This document shows, piece after piece, positions 1-12,693 of a stretch of DNA of 64,000 bases; positions within the stretch are counted from its first letter, which is position 1; each line of letters starts with the position of its first letter. The stretch covers positions 18,919 to 82,918 of the forward strand of contig JAZODJ010000012.1 in NCBI GenBank assembly GCA_045597005.1. Reading direction: 5' to 3'. Position numbers and translations under genes: made by a program. The notes below the pieces were generated by a model. It was given only the letters and a program-made list of their open reading frames with translations. It was not told the DNA's origin and did no database searches. Source of the DNA: Alphaproteobacteria bacterium. GTDB lineage: Bacteria > Pseudomonadota > Alphaproteobacteria > RF32 > CAG-239.

Positions 1-176
1 CTCACATAATTGATGTTGTAAACGGGTGTTTGAATTTTGATTAAACATCCAAAATAGTCCTTTCAACAAAAAATCTTATTAAAATACATTTTTTACTGGA
101 AAATATTTCTTAAACCTGTATTAGTATACAACAAAATGATGAATATTGCAACTATAAAAGAGGAGTCTTTTCAAAA

Positions 177-1256
177 ATGAATCAAATTAAAAGAATTGGT
201 GTTCTTACCTCTGGAGGTGACTGTGCCGGACTAAACGCTATTATTAGCGCTGTTGTTGAGTCTGCAGAAAAAAAAGGATGGGAAGTGTATGGAATTAATG
301 ACGGAACAGAAGGTATTACCGAAAAACCCCATCGCTATGAAGTACTTACCGTAAAAAATTTTAGCGATTCTCCATGGCCTCGCCTCAGCGGATCATATTT
401 AGGTTCATTAAACAAAGGACTTCGTATCGAATCATTGGAAGAAGTATCTAAACGCTTTTCTATTGGTGTAAAAGAATTGGGACTTGATGCTATTGTTGTT
501 ATCGGTGGCGATGGCAGTATGAACATTGTTTCTAATATGAGCAAGGGTTCTTTAGTAAGAATTGTCGGAATTCCTAAGACAATTGATAATGATACTCCGA
601 TTACCGAATTCTCGGTCGGTTTTCAGACTGCTGTTCAATACTGCACTACCTCTATCGACAGCCTTGAATTAACAGCTCGCTCTCATAATCGTGCCATGAT
701 TACCGAAGTTATGGGACGCGATGCCGGTCACTTGGCTTTACATTCAGCTTTGGCCGGTAATGCCGACGTTTGTTTAATTCCGGAAATTCCATATACTATT
801 GACGGTATCATCAAAAAATTAAAAGAAATCAAAGCCCGTGGTCGTAATCACGCTGTTATTGTTGTTTCTGAAGGTATCAAAACCGAAAACGGCAACATGG
901 TTTCAAGCAACAAAAACATGGTTGGAGAAGCTGTTTATGGCGGAATTGGTCAATATCTTTGCGGTGAAATCAGCAAACGTTATAACGACTTTCAATTCCG
1001 TGTAACAACATTAGGTCATTTGCAACGTTCCGGTGTTCCTGTAGCTTTCGACCGCTTGCTTGCTGCAACATTTGGTGCTAAAGCTGTTGAGATGTTAGCC
1101 AACGGCGAAGACAATCGTATGGTTGTATGGAAAGATGGCGAAGTATCTTCTGTTGCTCTGAGTGATGTGGTAAAAGCCGGAACAACTTTGGTTGATCCTA
1201 AAGGAAAATATGTAAAAGCAGCCAAAGATCTCGGTATGTATATCGGCGAAATCTAA
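177..1256 (+). CDS. pfkA: 6-phosphofructokinase (ATP-dependent type, G104/K124 motif combination)
   Basis: LTSGGDCAGLN, GGDGS, PKTIDND, EVMGRDAG, LGHLQR motifs; AGAGGAG RBS. Confidence 0.95.
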   Translation: MNQIKRIGVLTSGGDCAGLNAIISAVVESAEKKGWEVYGINDGTEGITEKPHRYEVLTVKNFSDSPWPRLSGSYLGSLNKGLRIESLEEVSKRFSIGVKELGLDAIVVIGGDGSMNIVSNMSKGSLVRIVGIPKTIDNDTPITEFSVGFQTAVQYCTTSIDSLELTARSHNRAMITEVMGRDAGHLALHSALAGNADVCLIPEIPYTIDGIIKKLKEIKARGRNHAVIVVSEGIKTENGNMVSSNKNMVGEAVYGGIGQYLCGEISKRYNDFQFRVTTLGHLQRSGVPVAFDRLLAATFGAKAVEMLANGEDNRMVVWKDGEVSSVALSDVVKAGTTLVDPKGKYVKAAKDLGMYIGEI

Positions 1257-1280
1257 AAAAAAATATATATCCTCTTTTAT

Positions 1281-1312
1281 AAAAGACCCTATTCTTTCGG
1301 ATAGGGTCTTTT
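1281..1312 (+). terminator. intrinsic terminator after pfkA
   Basis: AAAAGACCCTATTC-TTTC-GGATAGGGTCTTTT hairpin ending in a T run. Confidence 0.75.
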
Positions 1313-1405
1313 GCTTATTGAAAAAAAGCCTTCTGATATTACTTATAAATACAGCTTTAGCTAAACAAATAACATTTTTTAATTTTAACAAAGGAGTTTT
1401 ATATC

Positions 1406-1990
1406 ATGACTGAAGGCGTTCGTTATCCTACTTTTGCATTTATAACCGGTGGTGCCGGTCAAGCTGATGATGGTATTCCACCCCAACCTTTTGAAACATT
1501 TTGCTATGATTCTGCTCTAAAAGAAGCACAAATCGAAAATTTTAATATCGTTCCCTACACTTCTGTTTTGCCTAAAGAACTGCACAACAACATCCATCCG
1601 TTAGATGAAAAAATTATCAGCCAATTCAAACACGGCGCCGTATTAGAAGTTATTATGTCCGCCAATGGCGCTAATCGAGATGAACACAAAGCAATTGCCA
1701 CAGGTCTCGGCGTATGCTGGGGCAAAGACAAAAATGGTGAATTAATTGGTGGTTGGGCTGCTGAATATGTTGAATACTTTGACACATTCATCGATGATGA
1801 AATTGCTGCCGGACACGCAAAAATGTGGTTAAACAAATCATTGCGTCATGAACTTGAACTCAGAGGTGTTGAACAACATTCAGAATTTCAAATGTGGCAC
1901 AACTATGTAAACATCACTCAGCAATTTGGTTATTGTTTAACAGCTATGGGTTTCCTAAACTTTGAACACGCACCTATCGTTAAAATTTAA
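1406..1990 (+). CDS. aaxB: pyruvoyl-dependent arginine decarboxylase, Chlamydia AaxB type
   Basis: [30 protein letters not shown] (Thr52-Ser53 self-cleavage site), HGAVLEVIM and [19 protein letters not shown] blocks match chlamydial AaxB as I recall it; AAGGAG RBS; adjacent antiporter. Confidence 0.9.
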   Translation: MTEGVRYPTFAFITGGAGQADDGIPPQPFETFCYDSALKEAQIENFNIVPYTSVLPKELHNNIHPLDEKIISQFKHGAVLEVIMSANGANRDEHKAIATGLGVCWGKDKNGELIGGWAAEYVEYFDTFIDDEIAAGHAKMWLNKSLRHELELRGVEQHSEFQMWHNYVNITQQFGYCLTAMGFLNFEHAPIVKI

Positions 1991-2001
1991 TGTTGTCATA
2001 T

Positions 2002-2046
2002 GATATAGGGGCTTGCAACTTAACAAAAAAAATAAGCCCCTATATC
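2002..2046 (+). promoter_or_regulatory. intercistronic 13-bp stem-loop between aaxB and aaxC
   Basis: GATATAGGGGCTT (2002-2014) / AAGCCCCTATATC (2034-2046) perfect inverted repeat, no following U tract. Confidence 0.55.
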
Positions 2047-2066
2047 CTAAACACGAGGAGCAAAAT

Positions 2067-3539
2067 ATGAAAGATACAAAAACATCCTCTTCACCAAAAA
2101 ACAATACTGGTGGTTTGGGCATTTTTGCTTTAGCTGCAATTGTTGTCAGCTCAATGATCGGCGGAGGAATTTATTCTCTTCCGCAAAATATGGCTGCCGG
2201 TGCTTCTGCCGGTGCTGTATTGTTAGCCTGGCTTATTACCGGTATAGGAATTTATTTTATCGCAAGAACATTCTCAATACTTTCAATGGCGAAACCTGAA
2301 TTAACTACAGGTATTTATTCATATAGTCGTGCAGGATTTGGACCATATATAGGTTTTACTATAGGTTGGTCATATTGGTTATGTCAGGTATGCGGCAATG
2401 TCGGATATGCCGTAATCACAATGGATGCTCTTAATTACTTTTTTCCCGGTTATTTTGAAGGAGGTAACAATCTGGCATCAATCATTGGCGGATCTGTTAT
2501 TATATGGTTTTTCAATTTTTTGGTCTTAAAAGGCGTTAAACAAGCCAGTATTGTAAATACCATCGGTACAGTTATTAAGATTTTACCATTATTATTATTT
2601 ATTTTAACAATGATATTTTTGTTTCAATTTGACAAATTTGATTCCAATTTTTGGGGCGAAGCCATTGCAACCAAAAGCAAAATCGGCGGTTTATCAACTC
2701 AAATAAAAAGCACTATGTTAGTTACATTATGGGCATTCATTGGTATTGAAGGTGCCGTTGTAATGTCTAACAGAGCAAAATCACCATCAATTATCGGCCC
2801 TGCAACAATTCTGGGGTTTGTAAGCTGTCTTGGTATATATATACTATTATCATTATTGCCGTTCGGTTATATGTCACAAGCCGAGCTGGCCAACATTGCC
2901 AATCCCTCTACCGCCGGAATACTGGAAAAAGCTGTCGGCACTTGGGGAGCTTGGATAATGAATATCGGCTTAGTTATATCCGTACTTACCAGTTGGTTGG
3001 CTTGGACTATGGTAACAGCTCAAATTCCGCAAGCAGCCGCTCAAAACGGAACTTTTCCACGTGCATTTGCTAAAGAAAACAAAAACGATGCACCATCAGT
3101 TTCTCTGATTGTGACATCTATTGCCATGCAATTATTTTTGCTTCTGGTCTATTTTTCAAATAATGCATGGAATACAATGCTGTCAATAACAAGTGTTATG
3201 GTCTTACCGGCATACTTTGCATCTTGTGCTTATTTGTGGAAACTTTGTGAAGACGGCGAATACCCGACCAACATAATATATCGTCGCTCAGGAGCATTAA
3301 TAACCTCAATTCTTGGTGCATTATATGCATTATGGTTAATCTATGCTGCCGGTCTGCAATATTTAATGTTAGCCGCAATAATTATTGCGCTGGGAATTCC
3401 TTTCTATATTTGGGCCCGCAAACAAAATCAGCCTGATGAACGTGTTTTTTCTTATCGTGAATGTTTGTTTGCAACAATCTTAATAATTATAGCCATATTT
3501 GCGATATACGCCATGGCACGCGGTTTGATAACCATTTAA
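2067..3539 (+). CDS. aaxC: arginine/agmatine antiporter (APC superfamily, APA family)
   Basis: SSMIGGGIYSLP and WAFIGIEG motifs, many hydrophobic TM segments; GAGGAG RBS before ATG 2067; follows aaxB. Confidence 0.85.
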   Translation: MKDTKTSSSPKNNTGGLGIFALAAIVVSSMIGGGIYSLPQNMAAGASAGAVLLAWLITGIGIYFIARTFSILSMAKPELTTGIYSYSRAGFGPYIGFTIGWSYWLCQVCGNVGYAVITMDALNYFFPGYFEGGNNLASIIGGSVIIWFFNFLVLKGVKQASIVNTIGTVIKILPLLLFILTMIFLFQFDKFDSNFWGEAIATKSKIGGLSTQIKSTMLVTLWAFIGIEGAVVMSNRAKSPSIIGPATILGFVSCLGIYILLSLLPFGYMSQAELANIANPSTAGILEKAVGTWGAWIMNIGLVISVLTSWLAWTMVTAQIPQAAAQNGTFPRAFAKENKNDAPSVSLIVTSIAMQLFLLLVYFSNNAWNTMLSITSVMVLPAYFASCAYLWKLCEDGEYPTNIIYRRSGALITSILGALYALWLIYAAGLQYLMLAAIIIALGIPFYIWARKQNQPDERVFSYRECLFATILIIIAIFAIYAMARGLITI

Positions 3540-3546
3540 AAAACAA

Positions 3547-3580
3547 GAAGGTGTTACTTAAAACTTTAAGTAACACCTTC
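3547..3580. terminator. bidirectional terminator between convergent genes
   Basis: GAAGGTGTTACTTAAA-AC-TTTAAGTAACACCTTC perfect hairpin. Confidence 0.75.
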
Positions 3581-3595
3581 ACTGTTTAATAACGA

Positions 3596-4501
3596 CTAAT
3601 CTATAATCAAAGATTCGCCACCAAACAAATAATCCTTTTTCAGACTATTTGCTAAAGCAAAATCTTCAATCAACTTGTATTCCCAAGACATAATATTGTC
3701 TTCCAAATTGCTGTAGATTTTACTTTTATGGGTAAAATAATAGCTGTAAGTCAGCGCAAATTGCCAAATCTTTTTCAGTGAAAATTCCGGCATTTTTAAT
3801 TTGTATTTGCGACACAAATATTTACCGGCATCTTCAATTTCTTCGGGCAAAGGTTTACAAAGCTTTTCCATAAAATCTTGCTTTCCTGTCGTATAACGAA
3901 CATACCTGTCATAGATACTTGCCGCTTCAGACAAATAAGGAAGATTATTGGCAAACTTTTTGCCATTATACAATTCTCGTTCTCTTTCCTGTTTTTTCCA
4001 CACATAATCAGCATGCATTTGCGGTTGCTGCTTAATCTGTGTCAAATAAAACCTTCCAACCAAACGCTTTGTCAAACAAAACAAAAGTTCTTGTTTGTCA
4101 AACGAAAAATTGTACAATTCCTCTGCATAAGCAGAAAGATTTTGACCGGTATTGGTTCCCTCGGAACATACAATCTCAATATCTTCTTCCTTAACCCCTA
4201 AACGCCACAATGTATATTTCAACATTTCAGCTTCGGAAATCAAATTTCCCTCAATTTTAGGATTAATAGTTGTCGACATAAGACCGTATCCGCCGATACA
4301 ATCAATCTTTGGATAATATCCATGCGTTTTAAAAATTTGATGATAATACCATGCCGCCACAAATGCCGAAAAAACATCATCATCAACACAAACCAAACGG
4401 TCATACCTTTTCTTAGGTGTATAACTGACACCTTTCCTGTAAATCTCTTCAGCAAAGTAGTTTATAACCTCTTTTGCTGATTTCATTGCTTTTCTTTTCA
4501 T
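3596..4501 (-). CDS. YdcF/DUF218 (SanA-like) family protein, divergent
   Basis: 301-aa ORF; GGYG ... SEAEML ... LGVKEEDI ... GTNTGQN pattern typical of DUF218. Confidence 0.55.
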   Translation of the reverse strand: MKRKAMKSAKEVINYFAEEIYRKGVSYTPKKRYDRLVCVDDDVFSAFVAAWYYHQIFKTHGYYPKIDCIGGYGLMSTTINPKIEGNLISEAEMLKYTLWRLGVKEEDIEIVCSEGTNTGQNLSAYAEELYNFSFDKQELLFCLTKRLVGRFYLTQIKQQPQMHADYVWKKQERERELYNGKKFANNLPYLSEAASIYDRYVRYTTGKQDFMEKLCKPLPEEIEDAGKYLCRKYKLKMPEFSLKKIWQFALTYSYYFTHKSKIYSNLEDNIMSWEYKLIEDFALANSLKKDYLFGGESLIID

Positions 4502-4616
4502 TTCATATATATATTAATTAATAAATATTTTTTTCATAAGTTTTCATATATCATTTATCTGGACAAAATTCAACAAAAAAATATCCTTAGCATCATTCCA
4601 AGGATATTTTTCTCAT

Positions 4617-5132
4617 TTACCATTTTTCAAAATGGATTTTATTTTCATCATACCTATCTTGAGGCTGCGGAGGAATATTTTCAGGATATCCCACAACAAT
4701 CAAGGCATTAGGCTTAATATTTTCCGGTAAACCAAGAAGTTTTTGAAATTCTTTCATCCTATCTTCATAAGGATATATAGCACACCAACAACCTCCCAAT
4801 CCTTTACCGTGAATCGCCAACAGCAAATTCTCGATTGCAGCCGATGTATCAACGACCCAAAAGTTTTTATCTAATTGCTTATCCGTATCTCCGCAAACAA
4901 TTATTGCCGCCGAAGCATCATTCAAAAAAGATGCATGCGAATGTATTTGTGTAATCTTATTTTTGGTCTCCTCATCCTCAACCACTATAAAATGCCACGG
5001 CTGACGATTATAACCGGATGGCGCATACATCGCAATCTTAAGCAAATCTTTAATATCATCCTTTGGAATCTTTCGTCCTTTTACAAATTTACGGACAGAC
5101 CGCCTGGTTAAAAGTCCTGCTTCCAAGAACAT
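4617..5132 (-). CDS. nitroreductase family protein
   Basis: RRSVRKF, APSGYNRQPWHFIVV, GLGGCW motifs; ATG abuts the atpC stop. Confidence 0.92.
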   Translation of the reverse strand: MFLEAGLLTRRSVRKFVKGRKIPKDDIKDLLKIAMYAPSGYNRQPWHFIVVEDEETKNKITQIHSHASFLNDASAAIIVCGDTDKQLDKNFWVVDTSAAIENLLLAIHGKGLGGCWCAIYPYEDRMKEFQKLLGLPENIKPNALIVVGYPENIPPQPQDRYDENKIHFEKW

Positions 5133-5633
5133 TTATTTCTCCTTATTTTCAGTATTTACATCTGTTGTATCTTTCTTGGAAAATCCCCCAAATATAAACT
5201 TTTTGAAACCTTTTCTCTGTTTCAGTTTCTTTGAATACAACTGTAATGTACGCAAATAACGACGACGCACACCTCGCTGATGATCCAAAATCATCTGATA
5301 AAAAAGCTTCATTTGTTCTGTTTGAGCTTCTTCCAACTTTTTCTTTACAACATGAGGTGTCATTTCTGAAGCCGGAGCAACACCCTGTACCATAACTTTA
5401 CATTCGTTTGCAACGACCTGAGCCATTCCTGAATGGATAAAATAACTATCTTTTACCGAACCATTTGCATTTAGAATCTGTAACATTCCGAAATCAAGTG
5501 CAAAAACACTGGGAGCCCTATCCGGTAAAATATCAATATCAGCTCTTATAGCCGGAATTATTACACTTGCAACTTTTTCTTGCAAATACGTCCTAGCCGG
5601 CAAGATAATTGACAAATCTATTTCTTTTCCCAT
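5133..5633 (-). CDS. atpC: ATP synthase F1 epsilon subunit (divergent, basic C-terminal extension)
   Basis: position after atpD; V..VIIP....ILP.RAP and YFIHSGMAQV pattern of the epsilon beta-sandwich. Confidence 0.75.
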   Translation of the reverse strand: MGKEIDLSIILPARTYLQEKVASVIIPAIRADIDILPDRAPSVFALDFGMLQILNANGSVKDSYFIHSGMAQVVANECKVMVQGVAPASEMTPHVVKKKLEEAQTEQMKLFYQMILDHQRGVRRRYLRTLQLYSKKLKQRKGFKKFIFGGFSKKDTTDVNTENKEK

Positions 5634-5660
5634 TTAGCTCATCCCTCATACTTTAAATAG

Positions 5661-7226
<1,566 letters not shown>

Positions 7227-7244
7227 CTAATATTTTATAATATC

Positions 7245-8159
7245 TTACAAAGCCTCAGCACCGGATATAATTTCAACCAATTCGGTTGTAATTGCACTCT
7301 GACGCAAACGGTTATATTTTAGTGTCAATTTTGCAATCATATCACTGGCATTACGTGTTGCATTATCCATAGATGTCATTCTGGCTCCTTGTTCACTGGC
7401 CTGAGAATTTAATAACATCTGAAATACCTCTGAAATAAACAACATATAAACCACATCGTTAAGTACTTTTTCCTCAGCTGCGTCATATTCATAAAAGGCA
7501 TCATTAAATTTATTGTCGTATTTAATATCATCTAAATCAAGATTAAATTCATACGGCATAACCTGTCGCCTTTTGACATCACGATTAATTGCTGAATTAA
7601 AATGAGTGTAAATCATCTCACATACATCAAAGCCACCGGATAAATATTCTTTTACCAAAGGATCAACCAGTTGCTCAGCATCTTTATATTTTGCACCTTT
7701 GCCACCAACTCCGATAACAATATCCCATACCAAATCAGGTTTACGCACCTTTAATGCATCACCTATTTTTTTACCCAAACACAGAACTTTTACATTCTTA
7801 CCTTGTTTCTGCAACTCATTAATACGAGACATTGTTTCGCGCAAAACATAACTGTTATAACTTCCGCACAATCCTCTATCAGAAGCAAAAACTACCAGAA
7901 GATAATTTTCCGGTGCAGGTCTTTTCTGCATAATCAAAGGATACACAACTGTCTTACCGCCATCTTTTTCTTCTTTTCGGACCTGATTATAAAGTCTGCC
8001 GGCAATTGTTTGTATCCCTTGATGATATTCTACAGATTTGGCAAGAGAGTCTTGTGCTTTTCTTAAGCGAGCTGCAGCCACCATCTTCATCGCAGAAGTA
8101 ATTTTCTTCGTCGACGCAATAGATGAAATACGAACTCTAAGCTCTTTTAAACCTGCCAT
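7245..8159 (-). CDS. atpG: ATP synthase F1 gamma subunit
   Basis: KITSAMKMVAA, SDRGLCG, RQSAITTELVEIISGA. Confidence 0.98.
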   Translation of the reverse strand: MAGLKELRVRISSIASTKKITSAMKMVAAARLRKAQDSLAKSVEYHQGIQTIAGRLYNQVRKEEKDGGKTVVYPLIMQKRPAPENYLLVVFASDRGLCGSYNSYVLRETMSRINELQKQGKNVKVLCLGKKIGDALKVRKPDLVWDIVIGVGGKGAKYKDAEQLVDPLVKEYLSGGFDVCEMIYTHFNSAINRDVKRRQVMPYEFNLDLDDIKYDNKFNDAFYEYDAAEEKVLNDVVYMLFISEVFQMLLNSQASEQGARMTSMDNATRNASDMIAKLTLKYNRLRQSAITTELVEIISGAEAL

Positions 8160-8162
8160 CGA

Positions 8163-9716
8163 TTAAGCCGCCTTTTTACTTGTTGACAAAAATTCAGAGG
8201 TAAATGTTTCATAAAACTTCAACATCTTTGCTTCCAACTCATCAGTAATTTTTTGCTCTTTTAATATATCGGCAAAAAATTCAGGATGATTTGCTTTTGC
8301 AGATGCCAAAGCTCTTGTCTCAAAATCTTTGACTTTTTCAACCGGAATTTTATCCAAAAATCCCTTAACACCGGCGAAAATTGCAAATACCTCTTCTTCA
8401 ACTCCCATCGGTTGATACTGAGGTTGTTTTAACATTTCCGTCAAACGAGCACCTCGAGCTAACAAATTCTTGGTAGATTGATCCAAATCAGACGCAAATT
8501 GTGCAAAAGCAGCCATTTCACGGTATTGAGCCAAATCAAGTTTCATTGTTCCGGCAACTTGTTTCATTGCCTTAATTTGAGCGGCCGAACCAACACGCGA
8601 AACTGATATACCCACATTAACCGCCGGACGCACACCTTGATAAAACAATGATGTTTCCAAGAATATTTGCCCATCTGTAATCGAAATAACATTAGTCGGA
8701 ATATATGCCGACACGTCACCGGCTTGAGTTTCAATCACCGGAAGTGCTGTTAACGAACCCGCACCTTCTTCGTCACTCATCTTAGCTGCACGCTCCAACA
8801 AACGAGAATGAAGATAGAACACATCACCCGGATAAGCCTCACGTCCTGGCGGACGACGAAGCAACAAAGACATCTGACGATATGCCGTTGCTTGTTTTGA
8901 TAAGTCATCATAAAAAATGACTGCATGCATTCCGTTATCTCGGAAAAACTCACCCATTGCACAACCGGAATATGGTGCAATATATTGCATCGGTGCTGCA
9001 TCTGATGCAGTAGCGGCCACAACAATTGTATAATCCATTGCTCCATAATCCTTTAATGTTTTAACAACCTGCGCAACGGTAGAACGCTTCTGTCCCACAG
9101 CAACATATACACAATAAAGCTTATCTTTTTCCGATTTAGCAGCATCATTAATCTTCTTTTGATTTATTATCGTATCCAATATAATTGCTGTCTTACCGGT
9201 CTGTCTGTCACCGATTATAAGCTCACGCTGTCCTCTTCCGATAGGAATAAGAGAATCAATAATCTTAACCCCTGTCTGCATAGGTTCATGAACCGATTTA
9301 CGAGCGATGATACCCGGAGCCTTAATATCAGAACGGCTAAATTCCTTAGCTTTTATAGCACCCAAACCATCAATAGGCTCTCCCAATGCATCAACAACAC
9401 GCCCTAAAAGCTCTTTTCCCACCGGCACACTAACAATAGACTCTGTACGTTTAACAACATCACCTTCTTTGATATCATCATCCGAACCAAAAATAACCAC
9501 ACCTACGTTATCTTCTTCTAAGTTAAGAGCCATCCCTTTAACGCCACTGGAAAACTCAACCAGCTCGCCGGCTTGAACGTCATCCAAACCATATACACGC
9601 GCAACTCCGTCACCGACAGACAAAACCTTACCGACCTGAGCCACATCAATCTTGGCATCAGACTTCACGATTTTATCTTTGATAATCGAAGATATCTCAC
9701 TAGCAGATACAGACAT
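8163..9716 (-). CDS. atpA: ATP synthase F1 alpha subunit
   Basis: [32 protein letters not shown]. Confidence 0.99.
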   Translation of the reverse strand: MSVSASEISSIIKDKIVKSDAKIDVAQVGKVLSVGDGVARVYGLDDVQAGELVEFSSGVKGMALNLEEDNVGVVIFGSDDDIKEGDVVKRTESIVSVPVGKELLGRVVDALGEPIDGLGAIKAKEFSRSDIKAPGIIARKSVHEPMQTGVKIIDSLIPIGRGQRELIIGDRQTGKTAIILDTIINQKKINDAAKSEKDKLYCVYVAVGQKRSTVAQVVKTLKDYGAMDYTIVVAATASDAAPMQYIAPYSGCAMGEFFRDNGMHAVIFYDDLSKQATAYRQMSLLLRRPPGREAYPGDVFYLHSRLLERAAKMSDEEGAGSLTALPVIETQAGDVSAYIPTNVISITDGQIFLETSLFYQGVRPAVNVGISVSRVGSAAQIKAMKQVAGTMKLDLAQYREMAAFAQFASDLDQSTKNLLARGARLTEMLKQPQYQPMGVEEEVFAIFAGVKGFLDKIPVEKVKDFETRALASAKANHPEFFADILKEQKITDELEAKMLKFYETFTSEFLSTSKKAA

Positions 9717-9718
9717 TT

Positions 9719-10270
9719 CTACTTACCTTTCATTGTGTTTTCTAAATAATTTAATTTACTGGCCAAACAATCATCAAACATTTTTGACCCGCATTGTATA
9801 CGCAAACCGCCCAAAATAGACGGATTAATTTCATAATCGATAACAACATTCTGTTTCAAAACACTTTCCAAAACTTTTGATAATTTACTTTCTTGCATTG
9901 CCGTCAACGATTTTACAGTCTCAACCTTAACTTTAGCAATACTACTCTTTTTGTAATACATATCTTCAAAATCATTCAAAACCGAAGACAATTCAGCCAT
10001 TCTTCGATTCTCAATCATCGACTGCAAACAATTTGTTGTATCTTTATTCAAGCCTAATATTTTTGCAGTATCATTCAAAACATCAGTTTTATCTTTTTCC
10101 GTCCAAAGAGGATTAATCATATATGAAGTAAAATCAGCATTCTCAACTAAAAGCTTTTTTAGTTTTTTCACATCATTCCAAATAGCTTCAACCGAGTTTT
10201 CGGATACTGCCGCCTCATAAAGCGCCGTAGAATACACTCTTGCTATCCTAGTCTTTGATTTCTTTTTCAA
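9719..10270 (-). CDS. atpH: ATP synthase F1 delta subunit
   Basis: [18 protein letters not shown].....FD; first gene of the atp cluster; TTG start. Confidence 0.93.
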   Translation of the reverse strand: MKKKSKTRIARVYSTALYEAAVSENSVEAIWNDVKKLKKLLVENADFTSYMINPLWTEKDKTDVLNDTAKILGLNKDTTNCLQSMIENRRMAELSSVLNDFEDMYYKKSSIAKVKVETVKSLTAMQESKLSKVLESVLKQNVVIDYEINPSILGGLRIQCGSKMFDDCLASKLNYLENTMKGK

Positions 10271-10345
10271 TTTTCAAACCCCACAACTAACCTTACCGAC
10301 ATCAAACACTATATATTTTAATTAGTTTCTTTTTTATTAACAACA

Positions 10346-12517
10346 CTAATAAAAAGAATAAGGATCAATATCAACTTCCACTCTGACGGAATTTGATACT
10401 TTCACCCTACTTAACCACTTCCTTATAACATCCTGAATTTTTATATTTTTAGCAGTTTTCAACAACAATCTGTATCTGTATTTGTTTCTCAATACAAATA
10501 TCGGAGCCGGAGCCGGACCCAATGTGGATATCTTATCATCATTGAAAGAATTTTGTCCCAAAAGCAAAGCTGTTTTTTCCACCTCATCTTTTTTGCTTCC
10601 TGACACAATAATTGCAGCCATTTTTCCATATGGAGGCATTTTCAATATTTTTCGCGTCTGCTTTTCAACATTATAAAACTCATCAGCCTTTCCCTGAACC
10701 AAAGCATTCAAAACCATATTTTCGGGATGCAACGTCTGCAAATAGACCATTCCTTTTTTACTGCCTCGCCCTGCTCTGCCGGAAACCTGCGATAATAATT
10801 GATATGTACGCTCTGCCGCTCTCAAATCACTTCCCATTAACCCTAAATCAGCATCAACTATTCCAACCAATGTAAGTTCCGGAAAATTATGTCCTTTTGC
10901 CAAAATTTGTGTGCCTATTAAGATGTCTATTTCACCATTTTCCATTTCTTTAACTATCTGCTGTATCTCTTTGAAATTAGCTACAAAATCCGAAGACAAT
11001 ACTTTAGTTTTGGCCAACGGAAACCTATATTTTACCTCTTCGGCAATTCTTTCAACCCCCGGACCACAAGCGGTTAACCCATTTTCAGAATGACACTCCG
11101 GACATTCTTTGGGAATATCACGCGTATAACCGCAATGATGACACACCAATTTCCCCATTTTCATATGTTCGGTCAACCATGCAGTACAATTCGGACATTG
11201 GATTCTATGCCCGCAATCCCTGCAAATTATCAACGGAGCATACCCTCTTCTGTTTAAAAACAATACACTCTGCTCACCTTTTTCATAATTTTCTTTAATT
11301 TTTTCACAAAGCACCGGGGACAACCAAGAAACACCCCAACTTCCTTTTATCGGCTTATCTTTTTTCAAATCAATAATCTTTATTTCGGGCAACTCAGCTT
11401 GTGCAAATCTGGAAGTCAGTTTTACCTCGCTATATTTTTCCTCATCTACATTACATATAGTCTCCAAATCAGGCGTAGCAGTAGATAGTATTAATGGTAT
11501 TTGTTCATATTTTGCTCGAACAACAGCCATATCTCTACCCTGATAATTTACAACATCTTCCTGTTTAAACGATGCATCATGACTTTCATCGACAACAATT
11601 AACCCCAAATTTGCATACGGCAAAAACAGTGCAGATCTGGCCCCTATTATAATTTTTGCCTCATCGCTGATTATTGCACGCCATGTATCGATTCTCTCTT
11701 TTTGACTTAAAGCAGAATGCCATTCTGCCGGAACAACACCAAATCGTTTCTCAAAACGTTTCAACCACTGCGTAGTCAAGCCTATTTCCGGAACCATAAT
11801 CAATACTTGTTTACCATCTGCAAAAGCCTTTTCCACTGCCTCAAAATAAACTTCCGTTTTACCAGAACCGGTTACCCCGTTAAGCAATGTAACATTAAAC
11901 CCTTTTCCGATTTTACTGCACAAATCAACTGATGCTGTTTTCTGTTCATCTGTAAGTTTAACTTTTTGAAAACCGCAAACAGGTTTTAAATATTCTTTTT
12001 TCTTTTCAATCAATACTTCTTCCAATACTCCGGCATCAATCATCGTTTTAACAACAGACTGAGAAACACCGGCACCGGAAATAATTTCTTGCCGAGTAAA
12101 CGGAGCAAATTTTAAAAACTCAATTACTCGCCACCTGGCATCCGAATTTTTTAATTTTGCTTCAGCAAGCGTTTTTCCAGAAAACTTGTATAGTCTGTGC
12201 ATTTTTGGATCTTCAAAAACTTGTTTGACACTTAAAACCATTTTAAGAACCAAACCGCTAAAAGCCATATTATAACCGGCAACAAACTCAACAAATTTTC
12301 TTAAACTGTCTTTTAATGGATAATATGATAAAATTTCTATAATTTTTTTTATTTTTTTATCATCAATATTGCTGGTTTTTCCAATTTTCCAAACCACACC
12401 GACCAAAATATCTTTCCCAAACGGAACTCTGACTATATTACCTAACTCAACTTGTCCATCTGTTTTATAGTCAAACGGCTCGTTAAACGGCAACGGCAAC
12501 AAAACACCAACAATCAT
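10346..12517 (-). CDS. priA: primosomal protein N' helicase
   Basis: GVTGSGKT, DESH, four CxxC zinc motifs, QVSGRAGR; AAGGAG RBS before ATG 12517. Confidence 0.97.
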   Translation of the reverse strand: MIVGVLLPLPFNEPFDYKTDGQVELGNIVRVPFGKDILVGVVWKIGKTSNIDDKKIKKIIEILSYYPLKDSLRKFVEFVAGYNMAFSGLVLKMVLSVKQVFEDPKMHRLYKFSGKTLAEAKLKNSDARWRVIEFLKFAPFTRQEIISGAGVSQSVVKTMIDAGVLEEVLIEKKKEYLKPVCGFQKVKLTDEQKTASVDLCSKIGKGFNVTLLNGVTGSGKTEVYFEAVEKAFADGKQVLIMVPEIGLTTQWLKRFEKRFGVVPAEWHSALSQKERIDTWRAIISDEAKIIIGARSALFLPYANLGLIVVDESHDASFKQEDVVNYQGRDMAVVRAKYEQIPLILSTATPDLETICNVDEEKYSEVKLTSRFAQAELPEIKIIDLKKDKPIKGSWGVSWLSPVLCEKIKENYEKGEQSVLFLNRRGYAPLIICRDCGHRIQCPNCTAWLTEHMKMGKLVCHHCGYTRDIPKECPECHSENGLTACGPGVERIAEEVKYRFPLAKTKVLSSDFVANFKEIQQIVKEMENGEIDILIGTQILAKGHNFPELTLVGIVDADLGLMGSDLRAAERTYQLLSQVSGRAGRGSKKGMVYLQTLHPENMVLNALVQGKADEFYNVEKQTRKILKMPPYGKMAAIIVSGSKKDEVEKTALLLGQNSFNDDKISTLGPAPAPIFVLRNKYRYRLLLKTAKNIKIQDVIRKWLSRVKVSNSVRVEVDIDPYSFY

Positions 12518-12637
12518 ATCTATCTCCTTGTTGCCATAATACATCCCGTATTAACAAAATAAAATGCAAATCAACCAATTATTAACATCAAGAAAAAATA
12601 TGAAATTCACAATCTATAATGTTTTATACAAATAACA

Positions 12638-12674
12638 AGAAAGCTTCTCTTCAAAAAATAAAGAGAAGCTTTCT
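12638..12674 (-). terminator. intrinsic terminator after the 12694 ORF
   Basis: AGAAAGCTTCTCTT / AAGAGAAGCTTTCT inverted repeat. Confidence 0.65.
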
Positions 12675-12693
12675 AATCAAACAATAAAAATAC

